This document shows, piece after piece, positions 54,386 to 63,918 of a stretch of 64,000 bases of DNA. Made by a program: the position numbers and the translations under genes. A model generated the notes under the pieces. That model was not told the DNA's origin and searched no databases. It saw only the letters and a list, made by a program, of their open reading frames with translations. Each line of letters opens with the position of its first letter. Position 1 is the first letter of the stretch. This stretch comes from an uncultured Eubacteriales bacterium (lineage in GTDB: Bacteria > Acidobacteriota > Aminicenantia > Aminicenantales > Aminicenantaceae), in contig CAZDJZ010000003.1 in the NCBI GenBank assembly GCA_964505785.1, forward strand, positions 99,186 to 163,185, written 5' to 3'.

Positions 54386-55653
54386 AAGAATTGATCATTC
54401 CTTTAATCGCGATAATGTTCATTTTAACCGGATGCGGAACGAGTGCATCAGATAATCATACCAATGACGGCACATCCGAAAATCATCAGCATGAATCGGC
54501 ATCCTCCAGCGGGAATCACCATGAGCAGGCTGCGGAGCATACGCACGAATCCGGAGTTGAAACCTTGCATTTGTCTTCGGAAAAACAAAAAGAGTGGAAC
54601 ATTGAAACAATCCCTGTTGAAATGCGCGATCTGCAGGCAAAAATTCAACTTCCCGGGATTGTCGTCCTCAATCAAAACCGCACCGCTGATATTTCTTCTT
54701 ATGTGGCCGGAAAGGTTACCGGGATAAAAACCGACCTTGGCTCCCGGGTTCAAAAAGGAGACGCTCTCGCTGTTATCAATTCTCCGGAGTTCGCCCAGGC
54801 GCAGGCTGCCTTTTTGGAAGCCCGGTCCGTCTACATGCTCAGCCGCCTGGAGTATGACCGCGCCAAAATGCTTCTGGAAGAAAAAGCGATTGAAAAAAAG
54901 GAACACGACCGGCGGGAAGCGGCGTACCAGCAGGCTTCGACCAAATACGGTGCGCTGGGATCCGCACTTCATTCCTACGGCATTGATCATGCATACATTG
55001 AAGAAATGATCAAGAAATGTGAATTTGTTGAATCTCAGCCATATAAATGCGAAGTGGCCGACCCTTTTCTCCCTATCGTATCGCCTATTTCCGGAACCAT
55101 TGTTTTTCGGAATATTATTATCGGTGAACATATCAAACCTGAAAAGACCATTTTCACCATCACTGACCTCAACCGGCTATGGGTCCAGCTGGATGCGTAC
55201 GAGAAAGATCTCCCACACCTCAGCACGGACGGTGAAGTAAGAATCCAAACATCGGTTTACGGAGACGAAATTTTCCCCGGCCGGATAACTTATATAAGCG
55301 ATGTTATTGATGAACAGCTCCGGACAGTCACAGTTCGGGTTGAAGTGGAAAACAAGAGATTGAAATTAAAACCAAACATGTACGTCCGCGGGGTCATTCC
55401 AAGCCCCGCAGTCCACAAGCAGCTGGCTGTTCCTGAAAACGCCCTTCAAAGCCTGGGGGAAGAGAAAATCGTATTCATACAAACCGGGCCCGGTGTTTTC
55501 AGTATCCGTCGGGTTGAAATCCGGGATCATATCAACGGATGGGCTACAGTCAGATCCGGGCTTAAATCCGGCGAAACCATCGTTACGGAAGGGGCCTTTA
55601 CCTTGAAATCTGAATTAAGCAAGGGAACATTCGGCCATGCTCATGCCCATTAA
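54382..55653 (+). CDS. efflux RND periplasmic adaptor subunit (CzcB/CusB-like) with His-rich N-terminal region
   Basis: Lipobox MKELIIPLIAIMFILTGCGTS, a His-rich stretch (NHQHESASSSGNHHEQAAEHTHE), then HlyD-type barrel/lipoyl regions. Confidence 0.85.
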   Translation: MKELIIPLIAIMFILTGCGTSASDNHTNDGTSENHQHESASSSGNHHEQAAEHTHESGVETLHLSSEKQKEWNIETIPVEMRDLQAKIQLPGIVVLNQNRTADISSYVAGKVTGIKTDLGSRVQKGDALAVINSPEFAQAQAAFLEARSVYMLSRLEYDRAKMLLEEKAIEKKEHDRREAAYQQASTKYGALGSALHSYGIDHAYIEEMIKKCEFVESQPYKCEVADPFLPIVSPISGTIVFRNIIIGEHIKPEKTIFTITDLNRLWVQLDAYEKDLPHLSTDGEVRIQTSVYGDEIFPGRITYISDVIDEQLRTVTVRVEVENKRLKLKPNMYVRGVIPSPAVHKQLAVPENALQSLGEEKIVFIQTGPGVFSIRRVEIRDHINGWATVRSGLKSGETIVTEGAFTLKSELSKGTFGHAHAH

Positions 55654-55664
55654 GCGGGATCAGT

Positions 55665-58600
55665 ATGATTAAATCCATAATCCGTTTTTCAATCAAACAG
55701 AGAATTTTCATCATTTTCGCGGCTTTGATCGTTGCCGGACTCGGGATCATGTCCTATCGCGATCTAACTATTGACGTATTCCCCGATCCCTCGCCGCCTA
55801 TGGTCCAAATTTATACGGAAGCCCATGGGATGGCTCCGGAAGAAGTTGAGCGGCTGATATCCTACCCTATTGAATCTTCCATGTTCGGACTTCCGAAAAT
55901 TGAAAGAATCAGGTCTTTTTCTACCTTCGCTCTTTCCATGGTCAGTCTTTATTTTGAAGGAGGAACCGATATTTATTGGGCCCGGAACCTGGTTTCGCAG
56001 CGCTTATTGGAAGTCCGGGATCAAATCCCGGAACAAGCCCGCAATCCTGTTCTGGGACCGATCGCCACCGGCTTGGGAATGGTGTATCTGTATTATTTGG
56101 AGGGAGAGGGCTATTCTGCTATGGAGCTGCGCACCCTTCAAGACTGGCTGGTAAAATTTGAATTTAAATCCGTCCCCCAGGTCTCGCAGGTATTGAGTAT
56201 CGGCGGAGATATTAAGCAATATCAAATATTGATAAATCCCCAGACGCTTTTAAAATACGGGTTGACCATCTCCGATATAGCCGACAGAGTCAAACAAAAT
56301 AATCAGAATATCGGAGCCAGCTTCATCACCAAGGGAAAAGAAGAATATATCGTCCGCAGTACCGGCCTGATCGAATCCATCCTCGATCTGGAAAATATTC
56401 TCGTATCCGAACGAGGCGGGACGCCGCTATATCTTAAAGATGTGGCCAGGGTGGAAATCCTTCCGGCCATAAAAAGAGGGGCGGCCCTGGTTAATGGAAC
56501 AGGTGAAAAAGTTGTTGGTATGGTGCTGAAACTATTCGGCAGCAACACAGCCAGGGTTATAAAAGACCTGGAAACACGGATACTTGAGATCAACCGTTCT
56601 CTTCCCGCCGGAGTCCGGATTGTTCCTTTTTACAACCAGGCGGCTCTGGTTAATAAATGCTTTTCCACCGTTTCCATTAGTCTATTAGTCGGGATCGGTT
56701 TGGTGATTCTGGTCCTGTTTCTCTTTATGGGACATCTCCCCTCTGCATTCATTGTGGTCTTAACTCTGCCTTTTTCCATTTTATTCTCATTTATTATGAT
56801 GCAGCGAATGAATTTAGCTGCCGATTTGATGTCATTCGGCGGGCTGGCCATCGGGATCGGGCTTATCGCTGACGCCGCAATTATCCTGGTCGAAAATATC
56901 CATAGGCATCTTTCTCTTCCGGGCAGTGATAAAAGCGCAGCTATTATCGCCGCCGGCAAAGAAGTGGGCCGGCCGATTTTTTATGCTGTGACAATCATCA
57001 TTCTGGTTTTTCTGCCGATCTTCACTTTAACCGGAGTTGAGGGAATCATGTTTCGCCCCATGGGATTAACGATTTCATTTGCCCTTGCAGGCTCGCTGAT
57101 TTTCACATTATTTGTCATCCCGGCTCTATCCTATTACATGATTTCTCCCCGGCTGCAAGCGGCCCCGGAACCGTTTCTCACCCGGAGGTTCCGGAACATC
57201 TATATTCCCATATTTCAGTACTGCAGCCGCCACCGCAAACCGGTCTTTTTTCTAACTGCTGTCATTTTTCTCATCGGGGTGCTGCTCTTTCCCTTTTTGG
57301 GAAGAGAATACATTCCTTCTTTGGAAGAAGGCTCCCTGCATGTCCGGGCGGCCTTTGATCCCAATATCAGCCTTCAGGAAACCATCAATATTTCCTCCTC
57401 CATGGAAAAGGATCTGCTGGCGATCCCAGAGATTTCCGGAGTATTGACCCGTATCGGACGGGGAGAAGTGGGAAGCCATGCCCATTTCGTCAACGAGGCG
57501 CAAATGCTGCTGGATTTGAAACCTCAGGGAAAATGGAAAAATTTTCACAATAAAGATCAACTCATTCATGCGATTGAACTCAAGCTGCTGGAATATCCCG
57601 GTGTTACTTTGAATATTACACAGCCTATCGCTCATAATCTGGATGAACTTTTAACCGGAGTTAAAGCGCAGTTAGCGGTCAAATTGTATGGAGAAAACTT
57701 TGATGTGCTGGAAGAGAAATCCATCCAGATCAAGAATTTACTGGAATCGCTGGGCGGCGCCGCCGATGTACAGGTAGAGCAGTTTACTGGTCAAAATCAT
57801 ATTCAGATCATAGCTGACCGCAATCAACTCGCCCGTTACGGGATCAATTTACAGAAAGTCCAGGAAACCATCAAGACCGCAATCGGAGGCATAACCATCG
57901 GCCAGATTTATGAGGAACAAAAAAAATTCAATATTTTTCTCCGTTTCTCACCCGAATACAGAAACGACCTTCAACACATTGACCAATTATTGATTCGTCT
58001 TCCCGGAAAAGGGCAAATTCCCTTGGGACAGATCGCAGATATAAATAGAGTGCTCGGACCACGCATGATCTCAAGAGAAAACAATAAACGTTTTATCACC
58101 ATCCAGTGCAATATTCGCGGCCGCGACATCGGCGGTTTTGTGGCTGAAGCCAGAAAAAAAATGACCAAAACCGTAGATATCCCCCCGGAATATTTTGTTA
58201 AATGGGGGGGGCAATTTGAACTTCAGCAGCAGGCAAACCGCCGGTTGGCCCTAATCATGCCTGTCACATTGATTCTTGTGACGTTACTGCTTTTCACTAT
58301 TTTTTATTCCTTTCAAGAAGTACTGATCATTTTGATAAACATCCCGCTTGCCTTAACAGGCGGCATTATTGCACTGAAAATATCCGGTCTTTACCTCAGT
58401 GTTCCCGCATCGATTGGATTTATCGCTATTTTCGGCATCGCATTGGAAGACGGGTTGGTGCTTTTGTCAACCTTTCATCACCGCATCAAGGAAGGCCTCG
58501 CCATGGAAGACGCCGTCCTTGCCGGAGTCAGGACAAAAGTTCGACCGGTATTAATGACCACGTTCACAACCGTTTTCGGTATCATGCCGCTGCTGCTGGC

Positions 58601-58733
58601 AACCGGGTCCGGCGCTGAAATTCAGCGGCCCCTTGCTGTGGTCGTAACCGGAGGATTGGTCACTTCCACCCTGGTGACTCTTATCGTCCTGCCTTTGATT
58701 TTCCAGAGGCTGAAAACGTCAGCAGTGGATTAA
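55665..58733 (+). CDS. CusA/CzcA-family heavy-metal efflux RND permease
   Basis: 1022 aa with 12-TM RND architecture. The TM4 motif AIGIGLIADAAIILVENIHRH lacks the DFG...DGA of divalent Czc-type pumps and resembles the monovalent Cus-type A..DAA..EN (from memory). Confidence 0.9.
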   Translation: MIKSIIRFSIKQRIFIIFAALIVAGLGIMSYRDLTIDVFPDPSPPMVQIYTEAHGMAPEEVERLISYPIESSMFGLPKIERIRSFSTFALSMVSLYFEGGTDIYWARNLVSQRLLEVRDQIPEQARNPVLGPIATGLGMVYLYYLEGEGYSAMELRTLQDWLVKFEFKSVPQVSQVLSIGGDIKQYQILINPQTLLKYGLTISDIADRVKQNNQNIGASFITKGKEEYIVRSTGLIESILDLENILVSERGGTPLYLKDVARVEILPAIKRGAALVNGTGEKVVGMVLKLFGSNTARVIKDLETRILEINRSLPAGVRIVPFYNQAALVNKCFSTVSISLLVGIGLVILVLFLFMGHLPSAFIVVLTLPFSILFSFIMMQRMNLAADLMSFGGLAIGIGLIADAAIILVENIHRHLSLPGSDKSAAIIAAGKEVGRPIFYAVTIIILVFLPIFTLTGVEGIMFRPMGLTISFALAGSLIFTLFVIPALSYYMISPRLQAAPEPFLTRRFRNIYIPIFQYCSRHRKPVFFLTAVIFLIGVLLFPFLGREYIPSLEEGSLHVRAAFDPNISLQETINISSSMEKDLLAIPEISGVLTRIGRGEVGSHAHFVNEAQMLLDLKPQGKWKNFHNKDQLIHAIELKLLEYPGVTLNITQPIAHNLDELLTGVKAQLAVKLYGENFDVLEEKSIQIKNLLESLGGAADVQVEQFTGQNHIQIIADRNQLARYGINLQKVQETIKTAIGGITIGQIYEEQKKFNIFLRFSPEYRNDLQHIDQLLIRLPGKGQIPLGQIADINRVLGPRMISRENNKRFITIQCNIRGRDIGGFVAEARKKMTKTVDIPPEYFVKWGGQFELQQQANRRLALIMPVTLILVTLLLFTIFYSFQEVLIILINIPLALTGGIIALKISGLYLSVPASIGFIAIFGIALEDGLVLLSTFHHRIKEGLAMEDAVLAGVRTKVRPVLMTTFTTVFGIMPLLLATGSGAEIQRPLAVVVTGGLVTSTLVTLIVLPLIFQRLKTSAVD

Positions 58734-58756
58734 CCGGACAGCCCTAAAAAATAGTA

Positions 58757-58785
58757 TTGTAATAAACTAATTGTAATGATATAAT
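58757..58785 (+). promoter_or_regulatory. near-consensus sigma-70 promoter with extended -10
   Basis: TTGTAA (58757-58762), a 17-nt spacer, then TGaTATAAT (TATAAT at 58780-58785). It is embedded in ATTGTAAT direct and inverted repeats, ~54 nt upstream of the ATG at 58839. Confidence 0.5.
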
Positions 58786-58838
58786 TAATACAATTGCAAA
58801 TCTTCCTCAAAAGCAAAAAGCCCCTTGGAGAAAAAAGA

Positions 58839-59150
58839 ATGAACAGAAAACTCATTCGCCCTAATTTTTCCGATTTCAAAGAAAAATCCAGCCGCGAAGC
58901 CAAGAAAAAATCCCACCCTGAATTCGAAACCCATGCGGAGAATTATTATTATTTAAAACAAATGAATAAAAAAACTCCCATGGTTTTAGTCCTTACGGAT
59001 GGTGAAAATTTGGAAGGACAAATCGAATGGTATGACCGTTACTGCCTAAAGCTGACCAGGCAAGGTGTCCCTAATCTCTTGGTTTATAAAAGCAGCATAA
59101 AATACATGTATAAAACAAATACCAGGAAAAAACCGAAAGCACCCAAATAA
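58839..59150 (+). CDS. Hfq-like (Sm-fold) protein with basic N- and C-terminal extensions
   Basis: PMVLVLTDGENLEGQIEWYDRYCLKLTRQGVPNLLVYKSSIKYM aligns by eye to the Hfq Sm1/Sm2 region (V.I.L.NG..L.GQIE.FD.F..LL......VYKHAIS). Start at MNRK (58839), with GGAG upstream. Confidence 0.55.
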   Translation: MNRKLIRPNFSDFKEKSSREAKKKSHPEFETHAENYYYLKQMNKKTPMVLVLTDGENLEGQIEWYDRYCLKLTRQGVPNLLVYKSSIKYMYKTNTRKKPKAPK

Positions 59151-59171
59151 GAAAAAACCAGCCTCTTTCCC

Positions 59172-60146
59172 ATGATCCCTTCAATCGGAATAACCATAGG
59201 AGACCCGGGAGGGATCGGTCCGGAAGTTATTCTCAAAGCACTAACTCATATCCATCAACTTCCTGAAGCCCATTATATTCTCTTTGGACCAAGACACTTT
59301 TTTTGTTCTGAGATTGACAGATTAAACCTTGACTTAACTCTCGCAGATTTCATCAGGAATGAGTCCCACGCCAGGCTTCCAGATCTCTCTGTTTATAACC
59401 TGTCTTCCGGATTTAAACTTGAACACCGGGGTCAATCCTGCCCCGCAAACGGCAAGCTCTCTTTTTCCTGCTTTGAAACCGGCGTGCGCATGGCCCTAGC
59501 CGGAAAACTCCATGCCGTTGTGACGGCACCTATTTCCAAAGAATCCTGGCAGATGGCCGGATTGGACTATCCCGGGCACACCGCCTATCTCAATCAGAAA
59601 TACCCGCACGCCATTATGTCATTTTTTTCTTCCCGTTTGAATGTGGCTCTATTCTCACACCATGTGCCGATAAAAAAGGCCATAGAGAACGTTAATAAGA
59701 AGGCATTGCAGTCATTTTTCGAGAATTTACAAAAGAGCTTGGATAAAATCGGCCGGTTTAAATTCATTCTGGCCGGGCTTAATCCTCATGCTGGAGAAAA
59801 TGGGATGTTAGGCCGGGAAGAAATCAATGAAATTATACCTGCCATGGAATCCGCGCGGAAAGCCGGAATGGACATAAGAGGCCCTTGTCCTCCGGATACG
59901 GTTTGTCTTCAGGCTCTGGATCAACCAGATACCATTGTTATTTCTCTCTATCATGACCAGGGTTTGACTGCGTTCAAATTAATCGCTTTTAATTCCGGGG
60001 TAAATGTCACTTTAGGGCTCCCCTTTATCCGCACCTCGCCGGATCACGGAACCGCATTTGATATCGCCGGCAGCGGCCGGGCCGATTCCGGCAGTATGCT
60101 GCAGGCGATCCGGCTGGCTTCGGATTTTGCCCGCCGCCAATTTTGA
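59172..60146 (+). CDS. pdxA: 4-hydroxythreonine-4-phosphate dehydrogenase
   Basis: ITIGDPGGIGPEV, NPHAGENG and RTSPDHGTAFDIAG motifs. 324 aa. Confidence 0.9.
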   Translation: MIPSIGITIGDPGGIGPEVILKALTHIHQLPEAHYILFGPRHFFCSEIDRLNLDLTLADFIRNESHARLPDLSVYNLSSGFKLEHRGQSCPANGKLSFSCFETGVRMALAGKLHAVVTAPISKESWQMAGLDYPGHTAYLNQKYPHAIMSFFSSRLNVALFSHHVPIKKAIENVNKKALQSFFENLQKSLDKIGRFKFILAGLNPHAGENGMLGREEINEIIPAMESARKAGMDIRGPCPPDTVCLQALDQPDTIVISLYHDQGLTAFKLIAFNSGVNVTLGLPFIRTSPDHGTAFDIAGSGRADSGSMLQAIRLASDFARRQF

Positions 60147-60222
60147 TCAAAAATCCATCAAACCCGGATATGGATAGCGATTCCGTTCTGGGCTCAGTTC
60201 AAATTAATAATGAAGAAGCAGA

Positions 60223-61428
60223 TTAATAGTCACTGGTCATAATAAACAGCGGTTTATAATTGAAGCTTTTATAATGAGGCCTCAGTCGTTCCGTGTTGTA
60301 ATATTTGGCCACATCCACAACCTTTTTGGTGCTGGTAACAACTTCTATCGGCACATTGTCATATTGTCCATTCCGCAAGGAAACCATTCTCCCGGAAATA
60401 CCGTCTAGAATAAGATCCAAGGCCAAATTGCCGAACGCCATCGGAACAATCGAATCAATAGCATCCGGATCTCCGCACCGGACAAGATAGCTCAGTCTTT
60501 GATTGATGACATTGATACGGCGGCCGTTATTATACCTGGATGAAAGTTCCTTCAATTGATTGGATACCAGATCTCCCACCCCTCCCAATTTTTTATGGCC
60601 GAACATATCCTGTTCATCACTCTCAAAAACCATTTCACCGCCTTCGAATACAGTTCCTTCCGAAACCAAAACCACCGAATAGCGGCTGGGATTCGTATTG
60701 CGGTCTTTAGATAAAAGATCGCAAAGCTTTTCAATATTGAATTTATACTCCGGAATAACACAGCGGTTAGCGGCTCCCGCCATGGTCGGAATAAGAGCGG
60801 TGTATCCGGCGTAACGCCCGAAAACCTCAATAACAAGAAATCGCTCATGGGAGCCGGCTGTGGTGCGCAATGAATGAGTCAGACTGATAATCCGGGTCAC
60901 ACAAGTACTGAACCCTATACAGTAATCCGTTCCGGGTACATCGTTATCCATAGTTTTCGGCACTCCGATAACCTTGACTCCTTCTTTATGCAGGCGTGCA
61001 GCATAACTCAGCGTATCATCACCTCCAACGGGAATGAGATAATCCACCCCCAGGTAATCCAGATTTTTTAAAACCTCCGGTGTAAGATCATTGATGTCTT
61101 GGGCATAAGCATCTTGCAAGTGGTTAGGAACATTGACTTTCGGAATATGGCTCGGCCGCGTCCGCGATGTATGCAAAAACGTTCCGCCGGTGCGTCCGGC
61201 TTTATTCACATCTTCTTCAGAAAGAAGCTGGAAATGACCATGATTGTCATGGTCTTTATCCCGCATCATATCTACAAGACCGGCCCAACCCCGTCGGATG
61301 CCGATCACTTTATATCCTTCGCGCAGAGCCCGGATGGTGATGGCCCGGATCGCAGGATTCAATCCCGGAACATCACCGCCGCCTGTTAAAATCCCAATAA
61401 TTTTTTTTTTCGTTTTGATATTTGCCAT
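60223..61428 (-). CDS. pfp: pyrophosphate-dependent 6-phosphofructokinase
   Basis: PFK fold with VGGDDTLS (Asp at the E. coli Gly104 position) and GVPKTMDNDV (Lys at the Gly124 position). These are the residue pair associated with PPi rather than ATP use. Confidence 0.85.
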   Translation of the reverse strand: MANIKTKKKIIGILTGGGDVPGLNPAIRAITIRALREGYKVIGIRRGWAGLVDMMRDKDHDNHGHFQLLSEEDVNKAGRTGGTFLHTSRTRPSHIPKVNVPNHLQDAYAQDINDLTPEVLKNLDYLGVDYLIPVGGDDTLSYAARLHKEGVKVIGVPKTMDNDVPGTDYCIGFSTCVTRIISLTHSLRTTAGSHERFLVIEVFGRYAGYTALIPTMAGAANRCVIPEYKFNIEKLCDLLSKDRNTNPSRYSVVLVSEGTVFEGGEMVFESDEQDMFGHKKLGGVGDLVSNQLKELSSRYNNGRRINVINQRLSYLVRCGDPDAIDSIVPMAFGNLALDLILDGISGRMVSLRNGQYDNVPIEVVTSTKKVVDVAKYYNTERLRPHYKSFNYKPLFIMTSDY

Positions 61429-61640
61429 TGCAGTCTCTCCTTGTCCGTCTTTCTATATTATACCCTGAATTCCTCCATTACCCGCACCATTGCTTGAAAA
61501 ATCATAAAGCCTTTCCCTTGTCACCCGGGAAGAAGCCGCCGCTTGGCCAAGCCAATGGTTATCCCGCTTTTCGTTCCGTCCGCAAAGAGGATTCGCTGAC
61601 ATCCTTTTATTGTTCCGGAAAATCTCTTTGAATGAATTCT

Positions 61641-62093
61641 CTATTGCCGGTAGCGTTTGAGTTCGGCCTGCATATCCCGCTCCCTGTCTCGTTCCCGGAT
61701 TGCTTCACGCTTCTGATGAACTTTCTTTCCTTTAGCAAGAGCGACTTCCACTTTGATCCAGCCTCTATCTGTAATAAACATTTTTGTCGGAATCAGCGTG
61801 AAGCCTCTTTCTTTAATTTTCCCGGTTAAACGCTTTATTTCCCTGCGATGAAGCAGCAATTTTCTGTCCCGGACAGGTTCGTGATTGAGGCGGTTTGCCG
61901 GATCATACTGGCTGATATGGCAGCCGGTCAAATAGATTTCTCCATTCCGGAGATCCGCATAGCTTTCCTTTAGACTAACCCGTCCTTCCCGAACCGACTT
62001 GACTTCACTTCCGGCCAAAGAAATCCCAGCCTCATACGTTTCCTGTATGTCATAATTAAAATTGGCTTTTTTATTTTTCGCTATGATCTTCAT
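61641..62093 (-). CDS. smpB: SsrA-binding protein
   Basis: IAKNKKANFNYDI... and the basic C-terminal tail KGKKVHQKREAIRERD. Start at MKIIAK (62093). Confidence 0.9.
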   Translation of the reverse strand: MKIIAKNKKANFNYDIQETYEAGISLAGSEVKSVREGRVSLKESYADLRNGEIYLTGCHISQYDPANRLNHEPVRDRKLLLHRREIKRLTGKIKERGFTLIPTKMFITDRGWIKVEVALAKGKKVHQKREAIRERDRERDMQAELKRYRQ

Positions 62094-63348
62094 GAGGAGC
62101 CTTATTATCCGGCACACAAACCCGCAAGGAATAGATATGCCTTTTTTTCATTTTATTTACAAGAAAAGAAGAATCTTGATAACTCAGGCTGTCCCCTTCT
62201 TCCGGGATACGCCCGAATTCTTTAAGAAAAAATCCAGCTATGGTGGTATAATCTCCTTGATCCGGCAAGCGGATAGGGATTCTCTGATTGACATCTTTGA
62301 TGGAGGCATTTCCTCGAACCAAGTATTCGTTATCCTTGACTAAATGAATCAGCTTTTCCGCTTCCACATCATATTCATCCTGAATTTCTCCAATAATTTC
62401 CTCAATAATATCCTCAAGAGTCACGATGCCTTCCATGTTCCCGAATTCATCCACGACAAACACCAGATGGTTCACATTTTCAAGCATCTGCAGCAAAACT
62501 CTTTCCAGAGAAGCCGATTCGGGCACAAAGAAAGGAGTCCGCAGAAATTTCTTCAGGTTAAACTCATCCCCCCCTCCCAGGTGGGAAATAAGATCCTTCA
62601 CATGAATAACTCCTTCAATATTATCCATCCGTTCTCTGTAAACGGGAAAACGGGAAAATCCCTCACTATGCAAAAGGGACATGATTTTATCCAAAGAATC
62701 ATCAAGGTTGATCGCCTTGACCTGGGTTCTGGGAATCATGATTTCCCTTACCGAGCGGGTTCCGATATCCAGGACCCCCGCAATCATTTTTTTTCTCAAA
62801 GAGGACATCCCTTTGATTCCCATGGACAGCTGTAATTTCATTTCTTCTTCGTTTAAAGACCGGGACGCTTCCTTGTCCCTGCGCTTTTCAGGAAACACCA
62901 GCCGGGTTATAAACGTAAAAAACCGAACCAGAGGATAAAAGATCCACATGAAAATCTGAATAGGGCGGGCAAACAAAAAAGATACCTTAATGGGATTATA
63001 AGCGGCATAGGTTTTTGGATTAATTTCGGAAAAAATCAAAATGAGCAGGGTGGTCACCAGCGTGGAAAGCAGGACCGCCTCATTTTTATTCGGCATAAAT
63101 GAAACGAAAATATATGTACAGACCGAAGCCGCCGCTGCATTCACAAGCGTATTCCCTATGAGAATCGTAGCCAGGAGGTCATCCACTCTTCTCAGCATTT
63201 TTTTTATGAGCTGAGCAGGCTTGGATCCTTGGCGGCTAAGATAATCGATTTTATGGGAGTTTGCGCCGATAATGGCCGTTTCAGATGAAGAAAAGAGCGC
63301 ACTGAGCAGAAGAAAAAAAACAAATAAAAGAAGAGCGGGAACCAGCAT
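62071..63348 (-). CDS. hemolysin-family / CorC-like protein (DUF21 + CBS pair + CorC_HlyC)
   Basis: Four N-terminal TM helices, a CBS-pair region (REIMIPRTQVKAI..., GFSRFPVY) and a C-terminal transporter-associated domain. 425 aa. Confidence 0.85.
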   Translation of the reverse strand: MLVPALLLFVFFLLLSALFSSSETAIIGANSHKIDYLSRQGSKPAQLIKKMLRRVDDLLATILIGNTLVNAAAASVCTYIFVSFMPNKNEAVLLSTLVTTLLILIFSEINPKTYAAYNPIKVSFLFARPIQIFMWIFYPLVRFFTFITRLVFPEKRRDKEASRSLNEEEMKLQLSMGIKGMSSLRKKMIAGVLDIGTRSVREIMIPRTQVKAINLDDSLDKIMSLLHSEGFSRFPVYRERMDNIEGVIHVKDLISHLGGGDEFNLKKFLRTPFFVPESASLERVLLQMLENVNHLVFVVDEFGNMEGIVTLEDIIEEIIGEIQDEYDVEAEKLIHLVKDNEYLVRGNASIKDVNQRIPIRLPDQGDYTTIAGFFLKEFGRIPEEGDSLSYQDSSFLVNKMKKRHIYSLRVCVPDNKAPHEDHSEK

Positions 63349-63357
63349 TCCAAATAC

Positions 63358-63876
63358 TCAAGAATCCATTTGGTGCGTACTGTTTTCAAAGCACGCAGAC
63401 AACTTATCCTGAACCTGCTGTCTTATTTCTTCCGGACTGCAATCAGCGACTTCACAGATTTCCATAATCAGGAGTTCCTTGGCTTTCTCCATCATCTTTT
63501 TTTCTCTGAATGAAAGTGGTTTGACCATATCAAGATGATAAAGGCTTTTCAGAACCATGGCCACATCCAGAATAGATCCGGACTTCATTAATTCGACATG
63601 TTCTTTATACCGGCCTTTCCAATTTTTGGTTACGTTTACGATTCCATCTTCAAGAAAAAGGAATAACTGCTGCAGCTTTTCCTGAGAGATGAGCTTGCGT
63701 ATTCCCATTTCTTCGGCGCTTGCTGACGGAACCATAATCAAGGTGTCATTGGCAACGATTCTCAAATGATAAACCCGGGACTTCTCCCCATAGAAAGTTT
63801 CTTGCTGAATATCCTCAACAACAACGATACCCTGGTTCGGGTAAATGACTTTGTCCCCAACTGAAAAATTATTCAT
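63358..63876 (-). CDS. carD: CarD-family transcriptional regulator
   Basis: FSVGDKVIYPNQGIVVVEDI is the CarD/TRCF RNAP-interaction domain. The start at MNNFSV (63876) fits the promoter just upstream. The track start at 63900 is a TTG inside that promoter. Confidence 0.85.
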   Translation of the reverse strand: MNNFSVGDKVIYPNQGIVVVEDIQQETFYGEKSRVYHLRIVANDTLIMVPSASAEEMGIRKLISQEKLQQLFLFLEDGIVNVTKNWKGRYKEHVELMKSGSILDVAMVLKSLYHLDMVKPLSFREKKMMEKAKELLIMEICEVADCSPEEIRQQVQDKLSACFENSTHQMDS

Positions 63877-63889
63877 TTCTAGAATGTTT

Positions 63890-63918
63890 ATTATATTCAA
63901 AATTCCCTATATAGTCAA
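63890..63918 (-). promoter_or_regulatory. near-consensus sigma-70 promoter of carD
   Basis: On the minus strand: TTGACT (63918-63913), a 17-nt spacer, then TATAAT (63895-63890). Only 13 nt separate the -10 from the ATG at 63876. Confidence 0.55.

Noticed and set aside
61429-61640. tmRNA (ssrA) expected near smpB
   Set aside because: The flanking non-coding sequence has no tRNA-Ala-like acceptor/T-arm ends (no GGGGC... 5' end, no GGTTCGA...CCACCA 3' end) and no tag-peptide reading frame. ssrA must lie elsewhere.
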